The translations under genes and the position numbers were made by a program. Under the pieces are notes generated by a model. The model had not been told where the DNA came from, ran no database searches, and worked only from the letters and a program-made list of their open reading frames with translations. Positions 63,662-64,000 of a DNA stretch of 64,000 nt are shown piece after piece. Numbering within the stretch: the first letter of the stretch is position 1; every line of letters begins with the position of its first letter. Source of the DNA: the human T2T-CHM13v2.0 reference genome, Homo sapiens; NCBI RefSeq assembly GCF_009914755.1, contig NC_060925.1; one strand, 5' to 3'.

Positions 63662-64000
63662 TCTTTCCTTAGAGTATATACCCAGTCATGAGATTACTGG
63701 GTCAAATGGTATTCCTGGTTCTAAATCTTTGAGGAATTGCCACACTGTTTTCCACAATGGTTGAGTTAATTTACATTCTCACCAACGGTACATGCATGTG
63801 TATGTTCATTGAACCATTATTCACAATAGCAAAGACACAGAATCAACCCAAATGCCCATCAATGATAGACTGGGTAAGAAAATGTGGTAAGTATACACCA
63901 TGAAATACTATGTAGCCATAAAAAGAAATGAGATCATGTCCTTCACAGGGACATGGATGAAGTGGGAAGCCATTATCCTCGGCAAACTAATGCAGGAACA
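63662..64000 (+). mobile_element. L1PA/PB element with 5' inversion (antisense 63662-63788, sense from ~63789, runs off the window)
   Basis: Antisense GTATATACCCAGTCATGAGATTACTGGGTCAAATGG... followed by sense ATGTTCATTG...CACAATAGCAAAGAC...CCCAAATGCCCATCAATGATAGACTGG. Confidence 0.9.

Overview
Primate (human-like) non-coding genomic DNA with no recognisable host exon structure, RNA gene or CpG island. It is dominated by interspersed repeats: about 11 Alus, two full-length THE1B-like MaLR proviruses, four solo THE1/MST LTRs, many MLT1/MLT2/MER21 LTRs, an LTR19-like LTR, L1/L2/MIR fragments and a MADE1. It also holds a 2.3-kb 20-bp minisatellite, a TG-rich higher-order repeat and a GATA STR. 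The standout is a 615-bp insertion at 33995-34609. It has TG...CA ends and a perfect ATCAT target-site duplication, starts with a stub resembling the HERV-K(HML-6)/LTR3 5' end, and otherwise contains only a betaretroviral gag capsid fragment with near-saturating G-to-A hypermutation (no GG, one GA, all Trp codons turned to TAA). This looks like an APOBEC3-edited, almost completely deleted mini-provirus. Repeat subfamily names come from recalled consensus sequences and need RepeatMasker/Dfam confirmation; coordinates of old repeats are approximate.
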